From IMG/VR virus record IMGVR_UViG_3300020441_000019, positions 1 to 25,279 of that record: DNA of 25,279 nt; one strand, 5' to 3'. The DNA is from a virus (taxonomy: Duplodnaviria > Caudoviricetes). Positions 17,064-25,279 of the stretch are shown in pieces. Position 1 is the stretch's first letter. Each line of letters opens with the position of its first letter. The notes under the pieces were generated by a model. The model made no database searches. It was not told the origin of the DNA and was given only the letters and a program-made list of their open reading frames with translations. The translations under genes and the position numbers were made by a program.

Positions 17064-17233
17064 TACCAAATACCAGGAATGAGTTGTCCAGTGACTGCAT
17101 ACGATCCGATTGCAGCAATCACGCCGAGCATGGCAAGCCTGCCATTGAGTCGCTCAGCTTTCTCGTTATGAGGCAGAGAGTTTTCGTCGATATACATACG
17201 TGGTTCGGTGGGCCAAATTTGGGTGTCGTTCAT
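17063..17233 (-). CDS. hli: High-light inducible protein (56 aa)
   Basis: Hand-translated: [56 protein letters not shown]; AERLNGRLAMLG chlorophyll-binding motif and TGQxIPG end; TAATG overlap with the psbA stop. Confidence 0.96.
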   Translation of the reverse strand: MNDTQIWPTEPRMYIDENSLPHNEKAERLNGRLAMLGVIAAIGSYAVTGQLIPGIW

Positions 17234-18312
17234 TAACCGATAGCGGGTGAAGTAAGTGCAATAGGTTTAGACTCAGCCGCGGCCAAGTCAAGTGGGAAGT
17301 TGTGAGCATTACGTTCATGCATAACTTCCATACCAAGACCTTGACGGTTCAGAATGTCAGCCCAAGTAGGAATGACACGATTGCTACTGTCAAGGATAGA
17401 TTGGTTAAAGTTGAATCCATTCAGGTTGAACGCCATAGTTGAGACACCAAGAGCGGTAAACCAAATGCCAACAACAGGCCAAGCGGCCAGAAAGAAGTGG
17501 AGACTCCTACTGTTGTTAAAACTAGCATACTGGAAAATAAGGCGACCAAAATAGCCGTGCGCTGCAACGATGTTGTACGTTTCTTCTTCCTGTCCAAATT
17601 TATATCCTTTGTTGTGTGATTCTATTTCTGTTGTCTCTCGTACCAACGATGAGGTAACAAGAGATCCATGCATTGCGCTGAATAGTGAGCCACCAAATAC
17701 ACCAGCAACCCCCAACATGTGAAAAGGATGCATGAGAATATTGTGTTCTGCTTGGAACACAAGCATGTAGTTGAAGGTACCTGAAATACCAAGTGGCATA
17801 CCGTCACTGAACGATCCCTGACCGAAGGGGTATACCAAAAATACGGCGGTAGCAGCCGCGACCGGTGCGGAGTATGCGACACAAATCCAAGGCCTCATTC
17901 CTAGTCGATAACTAAGTTCCCATTCGCGTCCCATGTAAGCGAAGACACCAATAAGGAAGTGGAATACAACGAGTTGGTAGGGTCCTCCGTTATAAAGCCA
18001 TTCGTCAAGTGACAATGCCTCCCACACAGGGTACAAATGAAGACCGATCGCGTTACTTGACGGCACGACCGCGCCAGAAATGATGTTGTTTCCAAAAAGC
18101 AGGGAGCCTGCAACTGGTTCTCTGATGCCATCAATATCAACAGGTGGTGCTGCAATAAATGCAATAATAAAACAAGTGGTTGCTGCCAGTAGACAAGGCA
18201 CCATGAGGACACCGAAGTGTCCCACATAGAGCCGGTTCTCAGTGCTGCTAACCCACTCTAGATAGCGGTCCCAAAGATTTTTGGGCTGCTTAAGTGCGAT
18301 AGTAGCTGCCAT
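17233..18312 (-). CDS. psbA: Photosystem II reaction centre protein D1
   Basis: Unmistakable D1 sequence ([52 protein letters not shown]); uninterrupted, no intron. Confidence 0.99.
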   Translation of the reverse strand: MAATIALKQPKNLWDRYLEWVSSTENRLYVGHFGVLMVPCLLAATTCFIIAFIAAPPVDIDGIREPVAGSLLFGNNIISGAVVPSSNAIGLHLYPVWEALSLDEWLYNGGPYQLVVFHFLIGVFAYMGREWELSYRLGMRPWICVAYSAPVAAATAVFLVYPFGQGSFSDGMPLGISGTFNYMLVFQAEHNILMHPFHMLGVAGVFGGSLFSAMHGSLVTSSLVRETTEIESHNKGYKFGQEEETYNIVAAHGYFGRLIFQYASFNNSRSLHFFLAAWPVVGIWFTALGVSTMAFNLNGFNFNQSILDSSNRVIPTWADILNRQGLGMEVMHERNAHNFPLDLAAAESKPIALTSPAIG

Positions 18313-18318
18313 TAATAA

Positions 18319-19155
18319 TTAAAATTCTACGTTTGAACGCTCAAGCTTATCAACCACATCCTGCCGGTAAGCAGGGTCAGTATCATAACGTGGGTCAGCC
18401 ATTGCGGCAACCAACTCAGCTTGAGATCGGAAGACTGCGCCACCTTGAGTAGGTGCTTTACCTTGTAACATGGTGCCTTCCTTACCCATGTTATCTTCAA
18501 AGAGTTGTTGGAGTCCAGCAACAGCCATCTGAATTGCAGGGCCATTACCAGATTCAACTAGATTATCAAAACCTTGAATGTATTCGTCTGAAAGATTGTT
18601 AGCCGCCCAAGAAATCATTTCCTGGTAGGTCTCTTCACCACCAACAGACTCTTTAATGGTATTGACTTGATCTTGTGAAAGATCGACAGCTTCAGTTTGC
18701 TGCCCAAGGAACTGGTCAACTACTTCACGATTAAAACCAGCTTGCTCTAGTTTTGCATAGTGCTCATCTGCGAGTCCACCGTTCTCATCGTAAAAGTTAC
18801 CCATTTCGTATGGGTCAATACCATTGTCTTGGAAGATGGAGGAAAGGTTTTCCCCGTAATCTTCCGCAACAGTTCCATAGTCTACTGACCCGTCATCTAG
18901 ATAACCAGAAGTTTCATCATCATCATTAGCTTCCTCTTGTTGAGGTGCTTCCTCCACTTCAGGTTGACCTTCACCCATCTTCTTTTGAAGTTCGATGTAG
19001 GCTTTTTCTAATTCTTGTGCGTCTTTATATTTACCAGCAAGCATTTGATCTTGCTGTTGTTGTAGCTCTTGACCTACAGCGAGAGAGTCTTGCTCTTCCG
19101 CAGTAAGCGGCCCAGCATCTGCCGGGGTCTCATTCATGGTGAATTGTTCAGGCAT
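18319..19155 (-). CDS. Capsid scaffolding/assembly protein (T7 gp9-like)
   Basis: Acidic; LAGKYKDAQELEKAYIELQKKMG, SVGGEETYQEMISWA, C-terminal FRSQAELVAAMADPRYDTDPAYRQDV. Confidence 0.93.
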   Translation of the reverse strand: MPEQFTMNETPADAGPLTAEEQDSLAVGQELQQQQDQMLAGKYKDAQELEKAYIELQKKMGEGQPEVEEAPQQEEANDDDETSGYLDDGSVDYGTVAEDYGENLSSIFQDNGIDPYEMGNFYDENGGLADEHYAKLEQAGFNREVVDQFLGQQTEAVDLSQDQVNTIKESVGGEETYQEMISWAANNLSDEYIQGFDNLVESGNGPAIQMAVAGLQQLFEDNMGKEGTMLQGKAPTQGGAVFRSQAELVAAMADPRYDTDPAYRQDVVDKLERSNVEF

Positions 19156-20716
19156 CGGGTGTATCTGTCTGGTCTAATAGTTGAGTGTTCTTAGATGGAT
19201 CCATCAAAGGTGAAGATGCAAGTTGACCAGCCTGTTGAGTAAGAGCCATTTGCTCTTGATCTTCAATAGCTGCTTGATCTTCTTCTTCTACTTGCTCAGG
19301 TGTCTTAACCAAGTTCAAGTAGTCAATACCTTGTGCGGCAGCAAGACGCTTGATGGCTTCTGATGAGTCAACATATTTTATGAGAGCTTCAGGACCCAGC
19401 GTTTGTGCAATCGTTGTAATGAATGCAGTGAGGCTTTCACGGTCCTGACCACGGCCAAGTGCATTAACACCAGCGACGATCTGTGGACGTACAAGGCTTT
19501 TGTCAATTTTGGGTAGTTCGTTTCTCCGTTGTAACACCAACATCACACGGTTTAGATATGGAACCAGGAATTCTACAGTAAGCAGACTGAATAGTCCACC
19601 GAGCTGCTGCTCCAGTTCCATCTGAGTCATACGAACTTCCTCAGCGGTAGTTCTTTCTGACTGACGGATGTTGAGCACAAGGAATGCATCAGAGATACGG
19701 CGCTCAAGTGTAGCAGCCATCTCTTGTGCAGTACGGAAGTCGCCGGTCTTACCGCCAGTGGTAACAACAGCAACATCATCAGGGCGACCTTGAATGATCG
19801 CACCGGTCCCGGCGTTCGCCAGGGAGGAAGGTTTAGTAGTGGATGATGGACTAACTAGGAAAACAACTTTTGCCATAGCTGCAGAGCCTTCTACCATTGC
19901 CTGAGACAATGATTCTAGAGACTTTAGATCTCCAAAGAATTCCTCTACTCTACCACGGCCGTAGTCTTCCCCATCAACAGTATTGAATCGAAGGACTAAC
20001 CATGGACTAGCACTCTTAGGTGCTGAACTTTGGGACTTAGGAATAACTTGATCGTATGCTTCCTGATGCCACTGCCAGCGACCGGACTTGCTATCCAAGT
20101 AAACGTAGGTGTACACCTCAACGTCGTCCGTCTGCATATCATCTCCCGAATAGTCACTCGGGATGTTTGGTAGATCAAAGTCCACCAGCTTTTTGTTAAC
20201 TAGTTCCTTAGTAACAATCTCACAGACGTTACCATTACCGTCACGGCTAACTACGAAACGGTTGAGAGGATAGTTTTTGAGACCATCCTTACCCATAAAA
20301 ATCAAAGCATTACCACCAACAATCAAATGCTTGAGTGCTTGGTGAACAACTACACGATCACTGGATGCATTGATGTAGTCCATGATCATCCTCTCCATCT
20401 TAGAGAAAGAGAGATCAAGTTCACTACGAATTTCTACCGGTACATCAGTACCGATTTTGTCATCACGGATCTGTAGTTTAAAGAACGTGGTTTGGGGCGG
20501 TAGCAAAGCCAACATAAGTTTGGCTGCCAATGTCACTACCGCTTTAGAACCAACGGATTGCCAAGGGGTGAACAAAGTCTTAGGACCCTTGGCACTATCG
20601 TCATGCTTGATTAAGTACGGCAAGGTGAGCTCAGAACACCGCACTGCTGTCATTAGATACTGAGATCTATCACCAGACAGGCGTTCGTAACGCATCTTTG
20701 CCGTAGGTTTAGCCAA
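19148..20716 (-). CDS. Portal / head-to-tail connector (T7 gp8-like)
   Basis: ELTLPYL, PWQSVGSKAVVTLAAKLMLALLPP, GEDYGRGRVEE, ERTTAEEVR, ELEQQLGGLFSLL, ALGRGQD. Confidence 0.97.
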   Translation of the reverse strand: MAKPTAKMRYERLSGDRSQYLMTAVRCSELTLPYLIKHDDSAKGPKTLFTPWQSVGSKAVVTLAAKLMLALLPPQTTFFKLQIRDDKIGTDVPVEIRSELDLSFSKMERMIMDYINASSDRVVVHQALKHLIVGGNALIFMGKDGLKNYPLNRFVVSRDGNGNVCEIVTKELVNKKLVDFDLPNIPSDYSGDDMQTDDVEVYTYVYLDSKSGRWQWHQEAYDQVIPKSQSSAPKSASPWLVLRFNTVDGEDYGRGRVEEFFGDLKSLESLSQAMVEGSAAMAKVVFLVSPSSTTKPSSLANAGTGAIIQGRPDDVAVVTTGGKTGDFRTAQEMAATLERRISDAFLVLNIRQSERTTAEEVRMTQMELEQQLGGLFSLLTVEFLVPYLNRVMLVLQRRNELPKIDKSLVRPQIVAGVNALGRGQDRESLTAFITTIAQTLGPEALIKYVDSSEAIKRLAAAQGIDYLNLVKTPEQVEEEDQAAIEDQEQMALTQQAGQLASSPLMDPSKNTQLLDQTDTPDA

Positions 20717-21062
20717 GGTTCAGACCACCCCCACGGCTAGAAGATGGTACATTCACTGCAATACGCAGAGAACCGGTACCACGGCGACGATAGTTCGCAG
20801 CAGTACGCTTAGCAGAACGGCGCTGACGCACACGTCCGCTGGTTTGACCCTGAGGACCCACGAGAGGTTCGGGTGCGCTAACGGGTTCAGGTGCTTTAGC
20901 AACAGGTGCTGGTGCTGGTCGCATTGCGGGGCGACTAGACATCGCTGCACGCAGGGTTGCATTGTATTCATTTTGTAGGCGTTGGCGCTCTGCGGCTGCA
21001 CGTTGAGCAGCACGGCGAGCTTCGCGGCGAGCCCTACGGGCCTGGCCTCCTCCTCCACACAT
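20709..21062 (-). CDS. Small virion/tail assembly protein (T7 gp7.3 position)
   Basis: MCGGGG start, Arg/Ala/Pro-rich body, GTGSLRI...GGGLN end; GGAG upstream; immediately before portal. Confidence 0.65.
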   Translation of the reverse strand: MCGGGGQARRARREARRAAQRAAAERQRLQNEYNATLRAAMSSRPAMRPAPAPVAKAPEPVSAPEPLVGPQGQTSGRVRQRRSAKRTAANYRRRGTGSLRIAVNVPSSSRGGGLNLG

Positions 21063-21064
21063 AG

Positions 21065-21244
21065 TTAAGTCTCCTGTTCGAGTCTATTAATTAAGTAAGA
21101 AATGATTGACTGTTGACCAGCATCAAACATAATGTTTGTCATGTCTGTGCCAGGTTCAATAGTCAGAGGTGGAAATGTCTCCTGCAATTCTTGAATAAGT
21201 TTTTGATTAAAGGGTGGGCCAAAAAGGCTCTCTAACTCACGCAT
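21065..21244 (-). CDS. Small hypothetical protein (59 aa)
   Basis: Hand-translated: MRELESLFGPPFNQKLIQELQETFPPLTIEPGTDMTNIMFDAGQQSIISYLINRLEQET; fills the gap between RNR beta and the gp7.3-like gene. Confidence 0.75.
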   Translation of the reverse strand: MRELESLFGPPFNQKLIQELQETFPPLTIEPGTDMTNIMFDAGQQSIISYLINRLEQET

Positions 21245-21959
21245 ATTGTGGGAGGTTTACATTATTGTGTTCAAAGAACGCTGGCATCCGTGCAGAACGT
21301 GTCTGAGAAAGTTCGGGTGCCTTGCCTTCATACATAAGTCGATCGCTAGAATCGAGCCAAAATTTTTTGTCTAAAAACTTATCGGTTGATTTGCCGAGAG
21401 GTTCTAGAACCCAATTAATAGTGGCTTTGCGCAGCTTATCTAGTGAAGGTGATGCCGTAAGGTTTAACTCACGGCACACCAAACTGTTTACCGCTACGTG
21501 TACTTGCTCATCTCTGCTGATATCAGCGCTGACAGTTCTCATACCGGCGTCACCGTTAAAGCGCATGAAGGGTAGTAGTACGAAAAAGATCGCACGTTCA
21601 GCGACCATGGCTTTAAGTACAGTGTGATCTGGGTGTGCAACCCAGGCATCGCGTAGCCTTTTGGCTTCCGCTTCAGCTTTCGCATCAACACCCCAAGCAT
21701 CGGTGATGAAACCGAGAGCACGATCGTGTTTGATCTCGTCTTGAACATTCGAGGTGAGAACCTCACGCGCTGCAGGCGGAACTTCACTATTGAGGGCATC
21801 GGATATAAAATCTCCCACTGGTAGTTCCATGTGCCGGATAGCAAGAGCGCGGTAAATTGTCTCTTCCGCGCCAGTTCTTACTGATCCCTTTGTAGTAGCT
21901 ACGGGGGTCCAGGTACGCTTTCGTTCTAGGAGTGTTTGATAAGGATTTGTTGTTTTCAT
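21237..21959 (-). CDS. nrdB: Class I ribonucleotide reductase beta subunit-like ferritin-fold protein (240 aa)
   Basis: Dimetal ligand pattern HMELP, QDEIKH, VAERA, RDEQVH; C-terminal PQYA tyrosine; ATGA overlap with the alpha gene. Confidence 0.8.
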   Translation of the reverse strand: MKTTNPYQTLLERKRTWTPVATTKGSVRTGAEETIYRALAIRHMELPVGDFISDALNSEVPPAAREVLTSNVQDEIKHDRALGFITDAWGVDAKAEAEAKRLRDAWVAHPDHTVLKAMVAERAIFFVLLPFMRFNGDAGMRTVSADISRDEQVHVAVNSLVCRELNLTASPSLDKLRKATINWVLEPLGKSTDKFLDKKFWLDSSDRLMYEGKAPELSQTRSARMPAFFEHNNVNLPQYA

Positions 21960-23326
21960 TCTTGGCAGTCGCAGGTAACATCATTTAGAAGTTCCTCCAG
22001 GTAAGTGTCCACATCTGCGTCATCAAGTGCTGCATATACATTTGATTTGTCTTGAGTGTTCCCCATAACCTGTAAGGAGTAATACAGTGAAGTCTGGGGC
22101 GAGCTCAGCCACTCTGCAACGAATTCCTCATCGTAGGTTATAACGTCACTCCAAGAGTTAAACGAATAGCCGTGCAGAAGTCCAGTCCTATCTAGCATTG
22201 TCATAAGTTCGTCGGCTACCTTTTTATAGGCATCCCAACCAACTTCAGAGGCAATCTCTACCTCTCCATATTCATAAGTTTCAACACCGAAAGTACCGCT
22301 GTCACGGTCTACGGTGCGGCCGACAGGTGGAGCAATCTCTGGTGCGCAGGTGAACCCGTCAAGGTCCAAACTGCGGTAACTGCAAGATGCAGTCGGAGCA
22401 ATAGCAAAGGCACGATCCATTTTGTGCGCTCGTGCAACCATTGCAGCTTGTTCAATACCCAGGTAAACCTGAGTAGCGCAATAGAAAGCGTGGCTATCAC
22501 CAACGCCTCCTTTGTTTAGTTTTTCTAGTGCTTCACCAAACTGTTTGTAGGTGATCTTTTCACGTCGCAGGAAGTTTGCAAGGCCAAGCATGCCAAGGCC
22601 AACCTGACGATCTACTTCAGGCGAGAGGTATTCCCCACTACTTTCGACTCCAGTGGTCGCATGCAACGCACACAATTCATACATTCCATCGTTGAAAGCT
22701 TTTGGAAGATCGTTTGGTTTGCAGGCACCGAGATTAACGTGTTGTAGTAAGCAGGTCCCTCGGCTTGGCAGGAACACTTCAAGACATACATTGCCACGAA
22801 CCCTTCTGTTGTTGTGGTCATACTTAACTTTTACGAGCCAGATGTCTCCTTGGCGGATGCCTTGGAGTAGTGAAGTCTTTGTGGATGGGGATGATTCATC
22901 CCACCACTCTTGGGTAATATTGACACACCGTTTAACCCAAGGGAGCTCATTACGTGGAGCTTCAATGAATTCTTGAATATCTGGGTGATTGAGATCAAGA
23001 TGTAGTACACATGCACCATTTTTATAATGGCCACCCCGTCGAATAACTTCATTTAAGGTGCTATAGATCTTGCCAAAGGAAACAGGACCACTAGCGGTCA
23101 ATCCTTTGCCGTTTTCACTACCTTTTGCTCGAAGGTTGGAGAGGTGAACAGCAACACCTGCGCCATAACGCAAGGCATGCGATACAAACTTCCAGCTAGC
23201 TTCGATGCCATCAGGACCGCTCATACTGTCCTCTACGAGGAAGACAGTGCAGCTGACAGGCAATCGTGCTTCAGGATTATCGATCCAGGACTGAACACGT
23301 CCTGTACGAGAAATAAAATTAGACAT
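21956..23326 (-). CDS. nrdA: Ribonucleotide reductase alpha subunit, minimal class I type (456 aa)
   Basis: PVSCTVF, GNVCLEV (NxCxE), IAPTASCS, SLYYSL (YY dyad), C-terminal CDCQE. Confidence 0.92.
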   Translation of the reverse strand: MSNFISRTGRVQSWIDNPEARLPVSCTVFLVEDSMSGPDGIEASWKFVSHALRYGAGVAVHLSNLRAKGSENGKGLTASGPVSFGKIYSTLNEVIRRGGHYKNGACVLHLDLNHPDIQEFIEAPRNELPWVKRCVNITQEWWDESSPSTKTSLLQGIRQGDIWLVKVKYDHNNRRVRGNVCLEVFLPSRGTCLLQHVNLGACKPNDLPKAFNDGMYELCALHATTGVESSGEYLSPEVDRQVGLGMLGLANFLRREKITYKQFGEALEKLNKGGVGDSHAFYCATQVYLGIEQAAMVARAHKMDRAFAIAPTASCSYRSLDLDGFTCAPEIAPPVGRTVDRDSGTFGVETYEYGEVEIASEVGWDAYKKVADELMTMLDRTGLLHGYSFNSWSDVITYDEEFVAEWLSSPQTSLYYSLQVMGNTQDKSNVYAALDDADVDTYLEELLNDVTCDCQE

Positions 23327-23694
23327 TATACGAGATCAGACAAATCAGGTGGTTGATAATTAGGTCCTTTGAGGACTTTTCCGTCCTCGCGCTTAATTGG
23401 TTTGCCGTCTTCTCCCAGCTTGGACAAATTGGATTTGTGTACGCGGCGTAGCGCTTGCTCAATATCCCAGTTCATGTTCTCAGCGTACTGAGCACAAACG
23501 TAGATAAGATCAGCAAGTTCTTTTAGAGTTGCTTCCCTATCTTTAGGGTGCATAAGCACCATCTCTTGATCAGCTTGAAGGAACTCCTTGAATTCTTCAA
23601 CGATCAAATTGGTCTGCCTCTGGCGACCACTCAAAGAGTTGTGAATGCCGTAAGCATTCCGAAACTCGATCGCTTGATTGCTCAGTAAGGACAT
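23326..23694 (-). CDS. mazG: MazG-like nucleotide pyrophosphohydrolase
   Basis: LIVEEFKEF...LKELADLIYV...VHKSNLSK...REDGKVLKGPNY. Confidence 0.88.
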   Translation of the reverse strand: MSLLSNQAIEFRNAYGIHNSLSGRQRQTNLIVEEFKEFLQADQEMVLMHPKDREATLKELADLIYVCAQYAENMNWDIEQALRRVHKSNLSKLGEDGKPIKREDGKVLKGPNYQPPDLSDLV

Positions 23695-23878
23695 GATGGT
23701 TAAGTTCGTTTTCTAAATAATGGATTGCTTTCTTGAGATCAGTCTCCTTGCAGTCTTTATGACCAGCACGGCAGATATATTTGATTGCGCAGCCAAGGTG
23801 ATAGTTTAGGTGTTGATCTCTAATGAAATCCCAAACTTCTATTTTACCTCGGGTGTAGTAGGTGGGTGATTCGGCCAC
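23597..23878 (-). CDS. DUF3310 family protein (T7 gp1.7-like nucleotide kinase domain)
   Basis: PTYYTRGKIEVWDFI...LGCAIKYICRAGHK...DLKKAIHYL. Confidence 0.88.
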   Translation of the reverse strand: MAESPTYYTRGKIEVWDFIRDQHLNYHLGCAIKYICRAGHKDCKETDLKKAIHYLENELNHHVLTEQSSDRVSECLRHSQLFEWSPEADQFDR

Positions 23879-24075
23879 TGCTTTAAAAGGTTTGAGAGTG
23901 AATTTGACAGCGCAAAGTTTTGTCGCTGCAGTGCCATAAATAGGGTGATGATATCTTTCTTATCGGCATCAGGTAGCAAGTCTTCAAGCCGGCGTAGCTT
24001 GAAACTCTGCTCCATCGTCAATTCTAAAACTGGGGGAGGGGGTCCAAAGTCTCGGCGCTCCGGCGTTGAAGTCAT
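23839..24075 (-). CDS. nblA: NblA-like phycobilisome degradation adaptor
   Basis: LELTMEQSFKLRRLEDLL...KKDIITLFMALQRQNFALSNSLSNLLKQW matches the NblA pattern (ELSLEQxFxxR...LLKxxW) in motif and spacing. Confidence 0.78.
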   Translation of the reverse strand: MTSTPERRDFGPPPPVLELTMEQSFKLRRLEDLLPDADKKDIITLFMALQRQNFALSNSLSNLLKQWPNHPPTTPEVK

Positions 24076-24751
24076 AATCGTCTACTGTAAGGATCTTAGC
24101 AAGTCGCGCATTAACCAGTGCGGTCTCTTCATCGAGATCCTTAGCAGCAAATGCATCAACACATGTTTTCCAAGAGTAACCATGTTCTTCAAACAAAGCT
24201 ACTGCTCTCTTAACTCCAATGCCAGGCACACCGCCGTAACCATCTGTCTGGTCACCGGCTAGTGTCTGTACCAAGTGCCACTTAGCACCTTCTACAGGTG
24301 TAATGGTTTGGACTTCATCCAGGTTGTAGAGCTTGCCTGGTATCTGGCGCATATCTTTGTCGGGCGAGACGATGACATTGCCAGGATGTTGAGTCGCATA
24401 GATACCCATGGCATCGTCAGCTTCCAAGGTAGGCATGAGGATCACCTCAAACTTATCCTTTAGTGCGTTGATGACACGTTTGTAGCCACACGGCTTCTTT
24501 CTATTTCGATGCCCTTTATACTCGGGCAAAATTTTCTTCCTAAAATTTACTGAGTCACTGAAGAAAAGAATGACTTTCGGTACATCCCAAAGGAATGCGT
24601 TGGTTATTTTTACTAGTTCACGTGCTACGGCTTCATAGGCTTCAGAGAACTTGGAAGTAACGAGAATAACGTCATCTCCCCAATCGATCTCTGTTTCGGC
24701 CGCGGCACAGCACTTATAGACTATGTAGTCTGCATCAATTAAAAGTTTCAT
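23984..24751 (-). CDS. 5'-3' exonuclease (T7 gp6-like)
   Basis: LLIDADYIVY, NFRKKILPEYKGHR, LEADDAMGI, SPDKDMRQIPG, LAGDQTDGYGGVPGIG. Confidence 0.96.
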   Translation of the reverse strand: MKLLIDADYIVYKCCAAAETEIDWGDDVILVTSKFSEAYEAVARELVKITNAFLWDVPKVILFFSDSVNFRKKILPEYKGHRNRKKPCGYKRVINALKDKFEVILMPTLEADDAMGIYATQHPGNVIVSPDKDMRQIPGKLYNLDEVQTITPVEGAKWHLVQTLAGDQTDGYGGVPGIGVKRAVALFEEHGYSWKTCVDAFAAKDLDEETALVNARLAKILTVDDYDFNAGAPRLWTPSPSFRIDDGAEFQATPA

Positions 24752-25259
24752 ATGTTGCTACGATGACGATCCGCCCACCTCTGTCTGGGGGATACATATA
24801 ATGTTTCTCCCCACCGAAAGTGATCACATCGTCTTCATTAGGTGAGTAGTGCTCACCATTAACAACAGTATCTCCGCCAGTGTCGTTTAAGTAAATCAAG
24901 ATATTTTCATGAGGAAAGTCATGATCTACGTGTGGGATGGAAGGTAAGAGGGGTGCAGTTGGGAAGGTTAAGTTAGCGTTAATACGATACAGCCCTTTGA
25001 TTTTGACATCATTGAACTCAAGTATCTCCTTCAAAGCAAAGCAAACCATATTAAAATACGGTGATGCTTTAGTTGGGTAGCCAATGTGTTCCGGTCTAAT
25101 CAGAACATTATGGCTCATAAAAGGCATTCTTTGATGCCCTTCAGGTGGTTGCTCAAACTGCAAATCCTGCGAATAAGACCAGCTAAGGTTAGGGCCAGTA
25201 AACAGCTCCTTCATCTGCTGGTATGAGTAGAATCTAGGATTCTTTAGTTTGTTAATCAT
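24735..25259 (-). CDS. 2OG-Fe(II) oxygenase-like protein
   Basis: RINANL...PHVD (HxD)...ILIYLNDTGGDT...FGGEKH...GRIVI: facial triad plus 2OG-binding Arg pattern. Confidence 0.75.
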   Translation of the reverse strand: MINKLKNPRFYSYQQMKELFTGPNLSWSYSQDLQFEQPPEGHQRMPFMSHNVLIRPEHIGYPTKASPYFNMVCFALKEILEFNDVKIKGLYRINANLTFPTAPLLPSIPHVDHDFPHENILIYLNDTGGDTVVNGEHYSPNEDDVITFGGEKHYMYPPDRGGRIVIVATYETFN

Positions 25260-25279
25260 TAGTGTGTCTCCGCCCAGTT
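25259..25279 (-). CDS. Extreme C-terminus of family A DNA polymerase (T7 gp5-like), partial
   Basis: AAC TGG GCG GAG ACA CAC TAA = NWAETH*, the typical end of T7-like polymerases, in the expected position upstream of the exonuclease; only 6 codons visible. Confidence 0.75.
   Translation of the reverse strand, partial: NWAETH

Noticed and set aside
20753-21058. 101-aa alternative-frame minus-strand ORF within the gp7.3-like gene
   Set aside because: The MCGGG frame has the ATG, the RBS and the family-like termini; this frame is explained by the locally GC-rich sequence.
21956-23326. Class II (NrdJ, B12-dependent) assignment for the RNR
   Set aside because: The YY dyad and the adjacent ferritin-like beta gene indicate class I.
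1-25279. Phage RNA polymerase promoters, CRISPR arrays, introns/inteins, mobile elements
   Set aside because: I found no recurring ~20-bp promoter motif, repeat-spacer array or interrupted gene by eye. A motif search on the full genome would be needed for promoters.

Overview
The window is a contiguous segment of a T7-like marine cyanophage genome (cyanopodovirus, Autographiviridae-type), and every gene I can support is on the minus strand. In transcription order (right to left): the last 6 codons of DNA polymerase, a 2OG-Fe(II) oxygenase-like gene, the 5'-3' exonuclease, an overlapping nblA-like gene, DUF3310, MazG-like, a minimal class I ribonucleotide reductase (alpha plus Tyr-less beta), two small genes, portal and scaffold. 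An accessory island follows: psbA, hli, two basic micro-proteins, a small outer-membrane beta-barrel, a riboswitch-like region with a DUF4278-like peptide, and a structured capsid leader. After it come the major capsid, a terminator, tail tubular A/B, four internal virion proteins, a tail-fibre anchor and a partial second fibre/receptor-binding protein with a cupredoxin-like motif. The most unusual element is a glutamine-II (Downstream-peptide) riboswitch-like aptamer at 16124-16342 whose two halves are separated by a complete 60-codon ORF lying in what is normally a short hairpin loop. Several real small genes and the partial fibre gene are missing from the supplied ORF track and were translated by hand. 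Family assignments come from motif recognition and synteny; no database search was run.
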